Shown: positions 1-11,132 of the stretch, piece after piece
How the letters are laid out: each line of letters opens with the position of its first letter
Position numbering within the stretch: the stretch's first letter is position 1
Virus record (IMG/VR): IMGVR_UViG_3300023033_000001
Length of the DNA: 64,000 nt
Source of the DNA: an uncultured virus (IMG/VR IMGVR_UViG_3300023033_000001)
Taxonomy: Duplodnaviria; Heunggongvirae; Uroviricota; Caudoviricetes
Strand: one strand, 5' to 3'
Translations under genes and position numbers: made by a program
The notes under the pieces: generated by a model
Seen by the model: the letters and a program-made list of their open reading frames with translations, nothing else
The model's database searches: none
Told to the model about the DNA's origin: nothing

Positions 1-83
1 AGGGTCTGACAGATCAGCAAGTTGATCAGCGTTCGCTTTAGTAGCAAGAGTAGCAGGGTCTGACAGATCAGCAAGTTGATCAG
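1..83. repeat. 54-bp-period coding tandem repeat
   Basis: agggtctgacagatcagcaagttgatcag at 1-29 and 55-83. Confidence 0.85.
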
Positions 84-183
84 ATGTGTTAATAATAATG
101 CGGCCAACATGGATGTTCTCCATACCTTTGAGTTCAGCCAGTTGACGACCTTTAGGTGTAAGATTAAGTCCGTTAAAAAGCAT
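1..183 (-). CDS. Tail-fibre-like protein, N-terminal part (runs off the window), with an 18-aa repeat
   Basis: Not in the ORF track. ATG at 183 with an AGGAG SD; reads MLFNGLNLTPKGRQLA...DQLADLSDPATLATKANADQLADLSDP. The LT..G..LA start resembles phage tail-fibre/collar N-termini. Confidence 0.5.
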   Translation of the reverse strand, partial: MLFNGLNLTPKGRQLAELKGMENIHVGRIIINTSDQLADLSDPATLATKANADQLADLSDP

Positions 184-316
184 AATTTTTCTCCTTCTAC
201 ATTTCGCGAAACGAACGAAGATTTGCGGCAACGTCTTTTGCAGTTTTCACGTGCCGCACATACGTTGTGTTTGTTTAGATATAAATAACGTTAAGAAAAC
301 GAACCTGTTTCAGAAA

Positions 317-1873
317 TCATTCGATGCACAAGGCAAGGAACGGTCTTCCCGCAACAGCTCCGGACATTGCAATAAATTTGTTTTTAGTTTGAACCAATGT
401 CCCTGATGAAGATCCACCTGCATCATGCCAGATTCGTAACGGATCGGTTTCACCGTTGATCATATCGCACACACCAACTTCCCTCGTCGGTGTGCAAAGC
501 ATTGTAATGCACCCTTTCGGAAAGGAAACCTTCTGTGTGTTACCCACACCTGTTTTTTCAGGTAACTTCTCAAACGAAAGTCCTGAAACACTAGCTTGTT
601 CCGCATAAAGTTTCCATCGTTTTTCAGATGAACCAATACACGCTTTGTTACCGGATGGAAGCACTCGTGCCTGTACATTTAGAGGATTGACCCCTGTAGT
701 GTCTGAGACTGCAGATACTGACGATCCATTAAAGTAAGGTACAGATATGTAATTACCGGCGATATGCAAATGTCCGGCATCCAAAGTAGTGATGGAGGTA
801 TCTTTAAGTTCTGTCGAACCATTAACACAGAAATCACCGTTCGCAGATATGCGTGCATGTGTAACGGACAGTTCTGACGTTACACTGTCCTGGGTTGCAC
901 GTAATACGACTTTCGGAGACACCGTGTCTTTTGTGTTTGAATGCCCGGTAAGGACAAGTTCAGCGTGAGAGGCCTCTTCCATGTTCAGAGTGCTCGAAAC
1001 AGAACAAAAAACTGCATCAGGTGTGCTTTCCGATTTAATGCTCTTGTATGAGTCTCCTATCGGGTAGTTTACATAAGGATCATACAAGATCCCATAATTT
1101 TCATTTAGTGCTGTACGACCCACATAGGAAGCCGATGTAATTGAGTTCACAGGCAGATCGAGTTTTCCGATGTTACCGTCTGTGTCGGATTCCTTTACAG
1201 GCATCAGTTCCGTGAACTTCACCATATTACATGAGGCTGTTCCCGTAACTGTAACTTCCTTCAATGATGCATTGTCTGCATTTACCGACGATGTAGTTAG
1301 TGAAGTTCCAATATTTGAATACCCTGTTTTGAGGCTTTCAACTTTTTCTCTGAGTTCTGTAAACTGTTCCTCGACATAAGAACTTACTGCACTTACGTCT
1401 TCCACAGTTGCATTGACACCGTTGACGAAGGATACTTCTGAAACTGTGTCATCCTCTGCTTTTTGAGCAATCATCATAGAGAAGCAGATGGTCGTTTGCT
1501 TATTCAATGTTATCCCAGCATCCCCAGTGTCACATACTGCGAACACTACATTCTTACTCTTGTACATGCAATGTAGAGAAAAAATGCGGGCTACGGTTCC
1601 ATTTCCATTGAACGATACGTAAACTCGAAGTGTGTTTCCTACAGATACGATGTTGCGAATCTTCCCTGTGCTTGCAGAAAAAGATTCAACACCTGCATTA
1701 TCAATGTCGTCTATCTGAAGTTCAGACACGCCACCACCTGTAAAAGTAATTCCTCGGTAAACGGCTTTTTTATTTACCATGTCGTATCCGAAAGAGGCTG
1801 CCATAGCCATGCGTCCTGTTTTCGTGATTTGTGCTGCCGTAATGATTCCTTGTGCTGTCATTGTCCACTCCAA
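317..1873 (-). CDS. Putative tail fibre / baseplate-attached fibre protein
   Basis: 518-aa S/T/V-rich ORF with a short coiled coil and fibre-like motifs (IGSSEKRWKLYA); next to another fibre-like gene. Confidence 0.45.
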   Translation of the reverse strand: MEWTMTAQGIITAAQITKTGRMAMAASFGYDMVNKKAVYRGITFTGGGVSELQIDDIDNAGVESFSASTGKIRNIVSVGNTLRVYVSFNGNGTVARIFSLHCMYKSKNVVFAVCDTGDAGITLNKQTTICFSMMIAQKAEDDTVSEVSFVNGVNATVEDVSAVSSYVEEQFTELREKVESLKTGYSNIGTSLTTSSVNADNASLKEVTVTGTASCNMVKFTELMPVKESDTDGNIGKLDLPVNSITSASYVGRTALNENYGILYDPYVNYPIGDSYKSIKSESTPDAVFCSVSSTLNMEEASHAELVLTGHSNTKDTVSPKVVLRATQDSVTSELSVTHARISANGDFCVNGSTELKDTSITTLDAGHLHIAGNYISVPYFNGSSVSAVSDTTGVNPLNVQARVLPSGNKACIGSSEKRWKLYAEQASVSGLSFEKLPEKTGVGNTQKVSFPKGCITMLCTPTREVGVCDMINGETDPLRIWHDAGGSSSGTLVQTKNKFIAMSGAVAGRPFLALCIE

Positions 1874-1922
1874 AACTAAAAGAAAACATCAAGACTTCTC
1901 GCATAGTATTGATATAACGATT

Positions 1923-1963
1923 GTGGTGCTGTTTCTACATGTTTAATGTCCGTATGTTATAGA
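1923..1963 (+). promoter_or_regulatory. GTGGTGCTG-box promoter (representative of 12 copies)
   Basis: GTGGTGCTG-N21-TATGTTATAGA upstream of the 2030 ORF; the same architecture recurs across the window. Confidence 0.7.
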
Positions 1964-2029
1964 TTGATTTTCAAATTGTGTGTCTCTTTTGAGACACACA
2001 ATAAGTTTCTTAAATGAAAGGACAAAATC

Positions 2030-2875
2030 ATGTTTGCTAAATCTTTAGACCTCACACCTGAAAGTCTCACTTATGGATTCGAATTCGAGTTCATTGGTAA
2101 TGCAAAACTGTCTGCACGCAAACGGTTCAAAGCCTACATGGAAGACCAAGGTATTCCATATGTTTTCACTGGGAAATACGGTGACAATGAAACAAATGCT
2201 TGGACGCTAGGAGCTGACAGTTCCGTCGGCGGCGATAAAACAGGCAAGCTATCAGATAATGGACTTTTCGGATATGAAATGGTCAGCCCTGTCTTACGAA
2301 CAAATGATTTTAACCAAATCGAAATCGTACTGTCAGGCATCCGTAGCATACTTGCCGGTCAAGTGGACAGCACGTGCGGCACACATGTTCATTTTGGAAA
2401 TCTAGGTGGACTTACTCACAAAGACCCTATCCGTAATGGTAACACGGTATCGTCGTTCATGGATTCCATCGTGTGGTTGTATTCCAAACTCCAACCGTTC
2501 CTGTTCAACAACCTTGTTAAGAAAGACCGTGGGTGGAACCCGTTCTGTGGGCGTTATGTGGACGGTATGTACGAAAAGAACAAGTACCTCGCTTTGACTT
2601 CACGCGGTATCCATCGAACCTTGGAAGTACGTCTGCACCATGGAACATTGGATGCACATGAGATTATTCAGTGGTCTGAGGTCAATGCAAAGTTTCTTAT
2701 TTACTGTGCCAAGAACGGTCCTAACGCCATGTTACCTACAATCCCTTCGTATCTTGAGAATGGCGAAATGAACAAGGAAACGTTCATACCATTAATGACT
2801 AATCTCCTTGTCCAGTTTGGTTACGAAGAAAACGAGGCACAAAATCTTATTTCAGAACGCTTATACGAGCGATGA
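2030..2875 (+). CDS. Putative amidoligase (Amidoligase_2 / COOH-NH2 ligase family)
   Basis: YGFEFEF, YEMVSPVL, STCGTHVH and LEVRLHHGTLD motifs. Confidence 0.85.
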   Translation: MFAKSLDLTPESLTYGFEFEFIGNAKLSARKRFKAYMEDQGIPYVFTGKYGDNETNAWTLGADSSVGGDKTGKLSDNGLFGYEMVSPVLRTNDFNQIEIVLSGIRSILAGQVDSTCGTHVHFGNLGGLTHKDPIRNGNTVSSFMDSIVWLYSKLQPFLFNNLVKKDRGWNPFCGRYVDGMYEKNKYLALTSRGIHRTLEVRLHHGTLDAHEIIQWSEVNAKFLIYCAKNGPNAMLPTIPSYLENGEMNKETFIPLMTNLLVQFGYEENEAQNLISERLYER

Positions 2876-4123
2876 GAACGAAGCGTTTGCCCGTGACAGT
2901 TTGGAGACTTGCTGCGTGATTTCATACGGCATATCTCCAAACTCCATTTTAGGAGTCTGTTTTATTTCCTCCCACGTGTAAGCTCTCAGTTTCATCAATG
3001 AAAAGTTTTCCTGCCACTTTTCAAAAGACGATTTTGGTTCTACATCTTCGTCATCCTGAACAGTGTCGTCAGACACAACAGACTTAGTTTCACAACCTCC
3101 GATTTCAGATAACTTTAAGGGTCGTAGCTCTTTTGGTAGTAACTCCAACTCATCTTCTGTTAAAACATCTTGTACTTCTTTGCTTTGTTTTGGTGTTTTG
3201 TCAGATGCAATTACGTCGGTTGACAGTAAACGGTCTATCCATCTGCATTCGGTCATTTTCAGTTTATTTCTTTTCTTGAAAGCATCACTGGCAACAACCA
3301 AGGATTCATGTGATGGGAAAACAGAAGTGTCCATATCAAGTGAGGTTACGAACTGTGCAGCAAGTTTGTGAGGGAATCGTGCAATCGCCGCCTTAATATT
3401 ATCGCTGCTATCACCAACGATTGCACGATACATCGGGAGTCTGTCAATGGGAACTTTGTGGAACTTTTCTTCAAACTGCTCCATATACGACAGGCAATCG
3501 ACTATTTGTTTTCCTGTATCAATAATCGTGTCGCTACCAAGGCACTGGAACATGTCATTGTCAGACGTTACAATAACTTTCTTTCCTGGAAGTAATCGAT
3601 TCAGAGTAAAGATAATGTCGTCTGCTTCAAGTTCTGGGTTGTAGTGGATATGCACACGGTTATACATCGAAAGCTCAGCCAGAAGTGGTGGCATGTTCTC
3701 ACGTATATTGTAAGTGTGCTTTCTGTTCTCCTTGTAATGCTTGTTAATCTGCTTACGTACAGGCTTGCCGTCAACTGCAACATATACTTCGTGTCCATGC
3801 GACAAGATTCCCGTAATCAGTTCTACAACGAACTGCGTATCTTTCCATACCTGTGAACCACTTCGGAAATATCCGTAGTACAGCAGATAAGACAAATCAA
3901 GGATGAACGAACGTCTGTCTTTTATGTAATCCGTAAAGCATGTTATGAATTTACCTTCTCTTGCATTGATGTCTTGTGCTTTACACTGTTCATCACATTC
4001 ACTTGAAACTTTTGCATCTCGTGTGTTTTCACGAAAGCTGAACAAGGGCTTGTTTGGTGACGGCATTGAGCCGTCCTTTAACGAGTTGTTGAAGTTTTGA
4101 AGTAACGTTGTAAGGTCTTTCAT
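2861..4123 (-). CDS. 5'-3' exonuclease / flap endonuclease (PolA N-terminal / T4 RNase H-like)
   Basis: AVDG..RK..YKENR, LEADDII, TSDNDMFQ and AIVGDSSDNI motifs. Confidence 0.9.
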   Translation of the reverse strand: MKDLTTLLQNFNNSLKDGSMPSPNKPLFSFRENTRDAKVSSECDEQCKAQDINAREGKFITCFTDYIKDRRSFILDLSYLLYYGYFRSGSQVWKDTQFVVELITGILSHGHEVYVAVDGKPVRKQINKHYKENRKHTYNIRENMPPLLAELSMYNRVHIHYNPELEADDIIFTLNRLLPGKKVIVTSDNDMFQCLGSDTIIDTGKQIVDCLSYMEQFEEKFHKVPIDRLPMYRAIVGDSSDNIKAAIARFPHKLAAQFVTSLDMDTSVFPSHESLVVASDAFKKRNKLKMTECRWIDRLLSTDVIASDKTPKQSKEVQDVLTEDELELLPKELRPLKLSEIGGCETKSVVSDDTVQDDEDVEPKSSFEKWQENFSLMKLRAYTWEEIKQTPKMEFGDMPYEITQQVSKLSRANASFSSLV

Positions 4124-4215
4124 GGTGTGTTTCTCCGAGATTTGTCATTATAGAAGCACGTTGCGAAGTTTTCAGTTTATCACGTATTTCGACATTGACT
4201 ACATTCAGCACCACG

Positions 4216-6906
4216 CTACCTAATCACGCCTTTAAGTGGACATCCGATGTTCTGGTATAATGGATGAGCACCGTATTTCAAATGAATATGTACTTGGTTT
4301 GAAGGATTTCCGGAAGACACAAATTCAGGTGTGTTGAATTTCGCAATAATTGTTGGAATCTGTTCGATGTCAAGCACGCTGGACGTAACGGGATTTATGA
4401 AGTTCATCATCAGCTGCGTAAAGTACCCTGCTGAGGAATCGTTTAAATCTTTGTACTTGATATCCTTTCCAGACGAGATGTCATACAACTCCACATCTTT
4501 TATTTCTGGTTCCATTGAACACACTTTTATTTTTCTACCATTGTCCAAAGTGTACTCGGTAAGTTTGTTGTTAAAGCGCATCACGTTCATGTCATACACA
4601 CCTTTTTGGAATCCAGAACCAACATCCCAGTTTATGAGTCCAAACATGAAGTTGTCTATCGGAAGATACCCATTCTCAAGATAGTGTACATACTTGTCCC
4701 TTTGTGCGTCTGACAAAACCCATGACTCGCTCTTGTGTTCTTTAACGTACAGGTCTCTGTACTTGATGAGAGATGACAGCGTGTATGTCGTTACGGGAAT
4801 CGCAACATTGTAAATACCTAACAGGGCATACAATTGTTGTACAATCACGTTCGTAAGAAGTCCTGGTGCAAGAGAAAATGTTATGTTTCCATTCGTATCG
4901 ACATCCTCTGCATCGTAACCGGTTAATGTGCTCGCAGGAACTTTGACATCGCTTTCCAAGAACGATGTCAAAATCTCATTTGTCATTAATCTAGACGCAC
5001 CGATAAAGGATTTAACGCTGTCAATAAACACACATTTACCTGAGCTGTTTATAAGCGCAAAGTAATACCCGTCACCCTCTGATTCATTATCTTGAAGAGA
5101 CTTTGGAAGTGAAAATCCAATAACCATTGAATCCATTGTGACAGGTATCGTATCTCCTTTTGGATCTTTCGTGTCAATACGGAGTTTTCTTTTGCGTTTG
5201 TTCTCGGCATCGTACAGAATAGAGCTTATAACATCTTTCGGGTTGAAAACGTATTGTGATAGTTGAGATAAGCCGTTCCTTGATGCATGTGTATTGTATG
5301 TATTGATTAATGACTTTACCAGACTTGAGGATAAGGTCATCGTAAATCCTGCACGTATTATCGGGTCCCTTGCCATTTCCTTGAACACTTCTTTCCCGCC
5401 AAGAAGTAATGTGGAAACGGGTCTTACTTGGGTCTCATACGTTTCTGTTCTGCTTATAAACGATCCAGAAGAAAAGTCATACTTGTTTACAGCAGTCGTG
5501 TATGTTGTTGTCGAAGTTACGATACGTATTGGTTTCTTTATTGTCTCTGTGTCGGATTTGATTATTGACTTCACCTGTTTACCATTCAGATAAAGAGGCG
5601 TCTCTGTATACTTCTGCTCAGAAAAGAACTCCTTTTTGTCGCGTGGTGTCAGCTGAGTTGCTTCATAACTTGCCATGTCATTGGTGTACTTAGTCATACC
5701 TTGTACCAATGCATCTTTGAGCTGCGTTATAACCAGACGGTTAGCCATTTCCTGGAGTGTTACTTTATTGTCTGCAAGCCACTTTTTCAGGTCAATGTAT
5801 TTGAATTTTAGAGTGCCTCCACTTCCTGTGTGTGAAACGTTCTGAGACAGGAAATTTGAAAAGGCTATCAACACAAGATTCTTTTTGGCATCTTCTGGAT
5901 TTTTTGGATTGAAGAAATTTACCCATTCTTTCTCTGTCGGTACACGAGCCATCGTGTACTCAAACATACGTTCAGTTGGGTCTTCCATAAAGACATTTCC
6001 TGATGATGAAGTCGAACCGGGTGCCGTAGAAATCCACTTGACATTTTTAACATAAGACAGTCCAAGAGCAGGTGGAAGTTTCATTCCTGAACAGACAGGA
6101 TTTCTAAAATTGACAGGTATAAATGCGTCAATGAATGGAAGTGCATCATAGGCTTCAAATGGAATATAAAACAATGGGTTTGAAGGTACAAAGTTCTTGC
6201 ACGCACATCGTCGGAACAATCCCTGTGTTAATTTCCCATCAACAAAAGAAGCGGTTTCCGCAGGATATTCAACCTCTCGTGAATACGTGTTGTTTGTTCG
6301 TTTTCTGCTTGTTACATCGTCAATCCACACGATACGACCACAAAGGAACTTTGCTGTTCGTTTCTGTAATAGAAATCCCTTGACGAACTTTTCATACATG
6401 TATCCGCTTTGGATGCTCGCGTTCTTATAATCCTTTGAAGTTGTCCATATACGTACTTTGAACCATCCATAGTAAATCCCAAACGGATATTGCTTTCGAG
6501 TGAATGAGTCATCACGTAACAGGTTTCCGTCCTTTGAATTTACATAGTAGAACTGCCCGCCTTTGACGAATCTGACTCCGTCGGTGCACGCAAGGGCACT
6601 CATATTTAAATACATCTCAGGCGTAAGCCCTTCATCCAGCTCACGAACTATTCCTGAGTGACAGGACATATCAGACTGTATGCAGTCTTTCCCAACGTGC
6701 TTTCCTGATACAGGACGGAAAGACGGTAATGCGTAAGAGGCCATCTTTACGTTCAGAAAATGCTTGAAGGAATGTCTGACATACATGTTCCCAGAGCGAG
6801 CCACATATTTCTGCAGTAGTGTGTTTGACATTATGTCGTGATAGTGGACGCTTCTGTGTGAAACAAGGAATTTACCGCCATGAGATTTTCGTATTCTTAT
6901 CGCCAT
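4216..6906 (-). CDS. Large hypothetical protein, possibly virion-associated
   Basis: About 896-aa open frame; likely start MAIRIRK with an AGGTG SD. Confidence 0.7.
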   Translation of the reverse strand: MAIRIRKSHGGKFLVSHRSVHYHDIMSNTLLQKYVARSGNMYVRHSFKHFLNVKMASYALPSFRPVSGKHVGKDCIQSDMSCHSGIVRELDEGLTPEMYLNMSALACTDGVRFVKGGQFYYVNSKDGNLLRDDSFTRKQYPFGIYYGWFKVRIWTTSKDYKNASIQSGYMYEKFVKGFLLQKRTAKFLCGRIVWIDDVTSRKRTNNTYSREVEYPAETASFVDGKLTQGLFRRCACKNFVPSNPLFYIPFEAYDALPFIDAFIPVNFRNPVCSGMKLPPALGLSYVKNVKWISTAPGSTSSSGNVFMEDPTERMFEYTMARVPTEKEWVNFFNPKNPEDAKKNLVLIAFSNFLSQNVSHTGSGGTLKFKYIDLKKWLADNKVTLQEMANRLVITQLKDALVQGMTKYTNDMASYEATQLTPRDKKEFFSEQKYTETPLYLNGKQVKSIIKSDTETIKKPIRIVTSTTTYTTAVNKYDFSSGSFISRTETYETQVRPVSTLLLGGKEVFKEMARDPIIRAGFTMTLSSSLVKSLINTYNTHASRNGLSQLSQYVFNPKDVISSILYDAENKRKRKLRIDTKDPKGDTIPVTMDSMVIGFSLPKSLQDNESEGDGYYFALINSSGKCVFIDSVKSFIGASRLMTNEILTSFLESDVKVPASTLTGYDAEDVDTNGNITFSLAPGLLTNVIVQQLYALLGIYNVAIPVTTYTLSSLIKYRDLYVKEHKSESWVLSDAQRDKYVHYLENGYLPIDNFMFGLINWDVGSGFQKGVYDMNVMRFNNKLTEYTLDNGRKIKVCSMEPEIKDVELYDISSGKDIKYKDLNDSSAGYFTQLMMNFINPVTSSVLDIEQIPTIIAKFNTPEFVSSGNPSNQVHIHLKYGAHPLYQNIGCPLKGVIR

Positions 6907-6986
6907 AGATTCACCTAATCTTTGCATCAATAACCAAAAAGACGACCCACTGATTTGATTGCGTGGTGCTGTGAGCTTTGATTCAC

Positions 6987-7034
6987 AGTTACACGATCAT
7001 AAATCCAACGGGATAAAGCCAGTTGGTAGTTCAC
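6987..7034 (+). mobile_element. Degenerate 48-bp IS200/IS605-end mini-element
   Basis: Follows TTCAC; contains a CCAACGGGA-TAAA-GCCAGTTGG hairpin and the TAGTTCAC terminus. Confidence 0.6.
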
Positions 7035-7124
7035 AACAAATAATCAAGAGTTTCATGAGGTACATTCTCCGTGAAGCGGATTATTGTGATGACTTTTAAT
7101 CAAAACCAAAGGTAAAAAGTTTTT

Positions 7125-7415
7125 ATGACTACAATTTTGCGTTCGCACAAATCATTAACAGGAGAAGACGTTATGCTTATCAAGAAAGAAACCAACAAGA
7201 AAAAACACACACCCGTACAGGTTGAAATGGTTGACCATGGTTCTCTCGCACATTATTTAGCGTTGGAGGGTTACTCTGCAGCTGAACTGAAAGTTCCTTT
7301 TGGCAACACATCTAATCATGAACTTTCAAACGAATCCTTTGAAGACGCACGTTCGGGTATTGCGTCTGTTGTTCGTAAAGCCTTGTCAAACTATAAGAAA
7401 CAGAGTGTGAAGTAA
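7125..7415 (+). CDS. Hypothetical protein
   Basis: 96-aa ORF downstream of a GTGGTGCTG box. Confidence 0.6.
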   Translation: MTTILRSHKSLTGEDVMLIKKETNKKKHTPVQVEMVDHGSLAHYLALEGYSAAELKVPFGNTSNHELSNESFEDARSGIASVVRKALSNYKKQSVK

Positions 7416-7418
7416 TCC

Positions 7419-8162
7419 ATGCAGTACGTTTACCGAGACAGCACAGGTGCTTTGGAAGCACATAGACGTAATCTTAAAGGGTTCGAGTTGTGTCTATGGG
7501 AATTACGCATCGCCGATACTGTAATGTATCCGCTGTCTAACCTTGCCCGCATCTTAGGGTACAGAAGAGTACAGGGGTTAAAGATGCTTCTGTCGCAAGC
7601 CCCTGAATTTCTTCTCACGATGGACGATGCGTTTCGTCCATACCTTCTTGATCGTATTGACTTCGACGCCTTTGAACCGACGTTTGAGGAGTTTGTTTCC
7701 GAACTTAATTACTTGGTTCCAGACGATATGTGTGAGTTCAAAAAGCGTTCCTGCTTCACGACAGTAGACGGAATCATGTTCATCTTGTCGCATAACACAA
7801 TGACATCAGATCGCGTGAAAAAAGCTCTGTGTAATGTACTGGGCATAGAACGTAAAATCATTTGTCCTTCGCGTCCGGAGACGCATTTCTATGATCGGAT
7901 ATGCTCAATGCTGTCACAGTGGGGATATAGGGTCGAACGACAGTATGCAGTAGGTACCTATCGCCTTGATTTCGCTGTATTTAACGAAGACGGAAAGTTC
8001 AAGTGTGCCGTCGAGTATGACGAACCAGGACACCGATGGTACGATGAAGAAAAGGAACATGAACGTCAGGCATACCTAGGTAGGCATCACATTCGCGTTA
8101 TTCGCGCAGACCTTAAAACAAAGCCAGAAGCCTTGTGTAAAGCAATCATAGACATAAGATAG
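7419..8162 (+). CDS. DUF559/Vsr-like PD-(D/E)xK nuclease domain with a BRO-like N-terminus
   Basis: RQYAVGTYRLDFA...VEYDEPGH...DEEKEHERQAYL..IRVIR. Confidence 0.75.
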   Translation: MQYVYRDSTGALEAHRRNLKGFELCLWELRIADTVMYPLSNLARILGYRRVQGLKMLLSQAPEFLLTMDDAFRPYLLDRIDFDAFEPTFEEFVSELNYLVPDDMCEFKKRSCFTTVDGIMFILSHNTMTSDRVKKALCNVLGIERKIICPSRPETHFYDRICSMLSQWGYRVERQYAVGTYRLDFAVFNEDGKFKCAVEYDEPGHRWYDEEKEHERQAYLGRHHIRVIRADLKTKPEALCKAIIDIR

Positions 8163-8183
8163 ACAGATCGTGGGTAAACATAA

Positions 8184-10985
8184 ATGAGTCTTGAGAACTA
8201 CAAAAACAGCACGTTTGTTAAAGCAGTACTTGCTATTGGAACGTACCAATTTGACTTTACGCGCATGAAAGCCGTACAGAGTGTGAACCTCATGCAGAAC
8301 GTCTCCACAAGTTCTAAGTCCGGTATGGCTTCCGTAGATGGTACTATTACTGTAGTCGATTACTACGAAGACTTGTTTACTCTGTTGTCCGTTGTTGCAT
8401 CCTCTAAGAAAGACGCAAATCTTGAAAATCTCGTAAATAACGTTAATCGTCCTGCCGTATCCTCAGGCAACACACCATATGGTATAGCCGCCGAAGGAAA
8501 CTTCGGTACTATGGCAATCGGTATAAAATGTTACAGTGGAACACGTGTGTGGTTTCTGAATGTTACAGGATGGTCATATAGCATGGGTACACCGTCCACT
8601 GTCACATTTCAACTGAACATGAACTCGTCAGGAAATATGGGCAACACGTATCAGTCGTTGAAGGACTTTCACATGCTTGACTTCGGAAGCTCCCTCGAAG
8701 GTTCAAACATGTCTTACGACAAACACAAGCAAGCCATCCAGGATGCCATAAATTCACTGCAACCAACAGAAAGAAGTACTGACGGGACTCTTAACGAACC
8801 TTCTTTAGCGTCCATGCCTGACCAGTCATCTCCAAATATGTGCCGTGGTGTAGTTGGTGAGCGTTATTCAGAGCCTGAGGAAGTTTTCAAGGCGTTTAAA
8901 GACCTGTATAACGTTGATGTTCGCTTTGCTTCCTGTCTGAAAGGTACGGACAAATTATTCACGTTAGAAGAATGGATTTCTGAATTAAAAAAAGAAAAGA
9001 AGAAATTTTATTTCAGAAACGGTATGTACGAGTTTGTCGTACTGAACAGTTCGGCAAATGCTTCTTCTGCATCATCCATGTATGAGAGAGAATTTAGCAA
9101 CATCATTGACAATTTATTCGCTGCAAAAGAAGGGTTAGAGTCTGTTTCAGACATGTCAAAGATCCCAGAATCTGATCGAGAGATTTACACACCACGTAAG
9201 GATGTGAACAATTCAGGATCGTACCTGGTTGCTGTAAGAAATGACGACGAGTCATTAACTCCGGCTGATATGGAAGGAACCGATTTATCGTTAGACCGTG
9301 TCGTGTTCCTTTACAACGCTCCAAAACCATACGGATTATGGAATAACAAAGTAGCCATACCGTTGGATTCAGTGTCTTCTACTGTTGACAGCAGTTTTTT
9401 AATGAACGTAAATTTCGATGTTCAAGATACGCCTAATGGAACAATGGTGTTTACGCCTAGCGGTCGTTTTATGGCAAACGACAATGCAACAAGCACCTAT
9501 ATGAGACTCGCAATGATTGCACTCAGGAACAATACCGCTGGTGCAAAAGTTCAAATAACTTGCAGAAATTTCATCCATTGGGGTGACGGACTATCACAGT
9601 ATGCTGAGATTTACAGTTACACAAGTAATGGTCTTGCAGGTGTAGTGCAAGGGTTTTATCGTGTTGAAAGCGTTGCATTTCAATGGTCAGGAGGGGTTGT
9701 TTCAACCTCAGTACAGTTGGTCAATATGCCAACAGCATTGGAACAAAACGCTACGAATGCAGTCAGAGGCGGAGGTTCCAAAATTGCTGGAGCCCATGAC
9801 GCAAGTGCATTACAAACACAAACCGGTATCATCAAGTCGTTGCTCAACTCTTCTGTAGAGGGAAGCAGTGACGGAACGCCTTCTGAAGATTATGTTTCGT
9901 CTGAAGATAGAGGCGAACCCGATAACGATGGAGGAAGTATGGCTTCAAGTGCAAATTTCTGTTCGTATCTGTGCTCTAGTTACGCGAATCCAGTTCCCGT
10001 CTCCGTAGACAGAACTCCTGAAAACATTAAAAATGGTAAATTCGACAAAGCCATTGATGAACTTCTTTCTTCTGTCGGTACAAAAAGAGTTTTGGATGTG
10101 TCATCAGACTGGTTCAAGAAATACATTCTCGAAGAATGCAACATGGCACTTCTCGGTTTGCTTGGAGGTGCAGGTAACTGGGGATTCTCAAACGTCCCAA
10201 GTGGAGTACTTGACTGTATGACTTTGTGCAAAGACGGCCAAGTACGTAAAGGATGGGATGAACCTGATGAAAAGCATGGAAAGGGACTGTTCGATTACAA
10301 AGTTGGAGGACTCGGAATTGCCCATTTCGATTCTGGTGCATTGTACAACATTTATCGTTTAATAGGATTCCCTGCGAAGTACGCCACAAGAGAAATGCTT
10401 AACCTTATATTCTACGCAAATGCAAATAGTGCAGTATGGCAGGATATGAGTGACGGAAGCGGACGAAAAATTCCATACCTGGATAACGGCGGAAAGTGCA
10501 TATGCGACTTCAACGGTATGGGAAAAAATGCTTCAAAACGTTCTGGTCTCTCCGCAAGATTTTCTGCGTCCAGTCCTTTTCCTTCAAAACCGTGGCAGGA
10601 TTGGGCACATGAAATTCTGTACGCACAAAACAGTGATGGCTCTTATCCGTATCAGAGGATTCTTTTCAGATATTGGGTTGACAATTTCTGGATGGAACAG
10701 CGTAACAGACTCAAGAATGCAACACTAAACGACATCTTCTGCATTGCACGTATCTCAAATTCTGTACCTGCCGTAGCATATACATGCTGTAAGCGTGACG
10801 GAACAGCGGTAGCTCCAAAAGCACAGTATAACGCATACTGCGTTGAGTATGCTAACACACGTGGAAAAACAGAAGAAGAAAAAGAAGAAAAAAGAGCTAG
10901 ATATGCACGCCAGCTCGGAAATGGTCGCCGTGTCGGGGATTTGATTGGTTACTTCTATTCACAGAAAATGATCAAGACACTCTAA
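8184..10985 (+). CDS. Probable baseplate hub with a C-terminal extension, possibly a lysozyme-like domain
   Basis: GFYRVESVAFQWSGGVVSTSVQL resembles the gp27/VgrG hub beta-barrel end; S/G-rich linker; GGLGIAHFDSG in the C-terminal domain. Confidence 0.5.
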   Translation: MSLENYKNSTFVKAVLAIGTYQFDFTRMKAVQSVNLMQNVSTSSKSGMASVDGTITVVDYYEDLFTLLSVVASSKKDANLENLVNNVNRPAVSSGNTPYGIAAEGNFGTMAIGIKCYSGTRVWFLNVTGWSYSMGTPSTVTFQLNMNSSGNMGNTYQSLKDFHMLDFGSSLEGSNMSYDKHKQAIQDAINSLQPTERSTDGTLNEPSLASMPDQSSPNMCRGVVGERYSEPEEVFKAFKDLYNVDVRFASCLKGTDKLFTLEEWISELKKEKKKFYFRNGMYEFVVLNSSANASSASSMYEREFSNIIDNLFAAKEGLESVSDMSKIPESDREIYTPRKDVNNSGSYLVAVRNDDESLTPADMEGTDLSLDRVVFLYNAPKPYGLWNNKVAIPLDSVSSTVDSSFLMNVNFDVQDTPNGTMVFTPSGRFMANDNATSTYMRLAMIALRNNTAGAKVQITCRNFIHWGDGLSQYAEIYSYTSNGLAGVVQGFYRVESVAFQWSGGVVSTSVQLVNMPTALEQNATNAVRGGGSKIAGAHDASALQTQTGIIKSLLNSSVEGSSDGTPSEDYVSSEDRGEPDNDGGSMASSANFCSYLCSSYANPVPVSVDRTPENIKNGKFDKAIDELLSSVGTKRVLDVSSDWFKKYILEECNMALLGLLGGAGNWGFSNVPSGVLDCMTLCKDGQVRKGWDEPDEKHGKGLFDYKVGGLGIAHFDSGALYNIYRLIGFPAKYATREMLNLIFYANANSAVWQDMSDGSGRKIPYLDNGGKCICDFNGMGKNASKRSGLSARFSASSPFPSKPWQDWAHEILYAQNSDGSYPYQRILFRYWVDNFWMEQRNRLKNATLNDIFCIARISNSVPAVAYTCCKRDGTAVAPKAQYNAYCVEYANTRGKTEEEKEEKRARYARQLGNGRRVGDLIGYFYSQKMIKTL

Positions 10986-11132
10986 CAAGGTCATCAAGCA
11001 ATCACGCGTTTCTCATACCTGACGATTGTTCTTATACCACAACAAAACATTATGGCAAAAACCCGCACCATGAACGAAACTGATCAACCATCTGAACACC
11101 AAGCGATGATGCACCCGTCTGACGTAAGATTT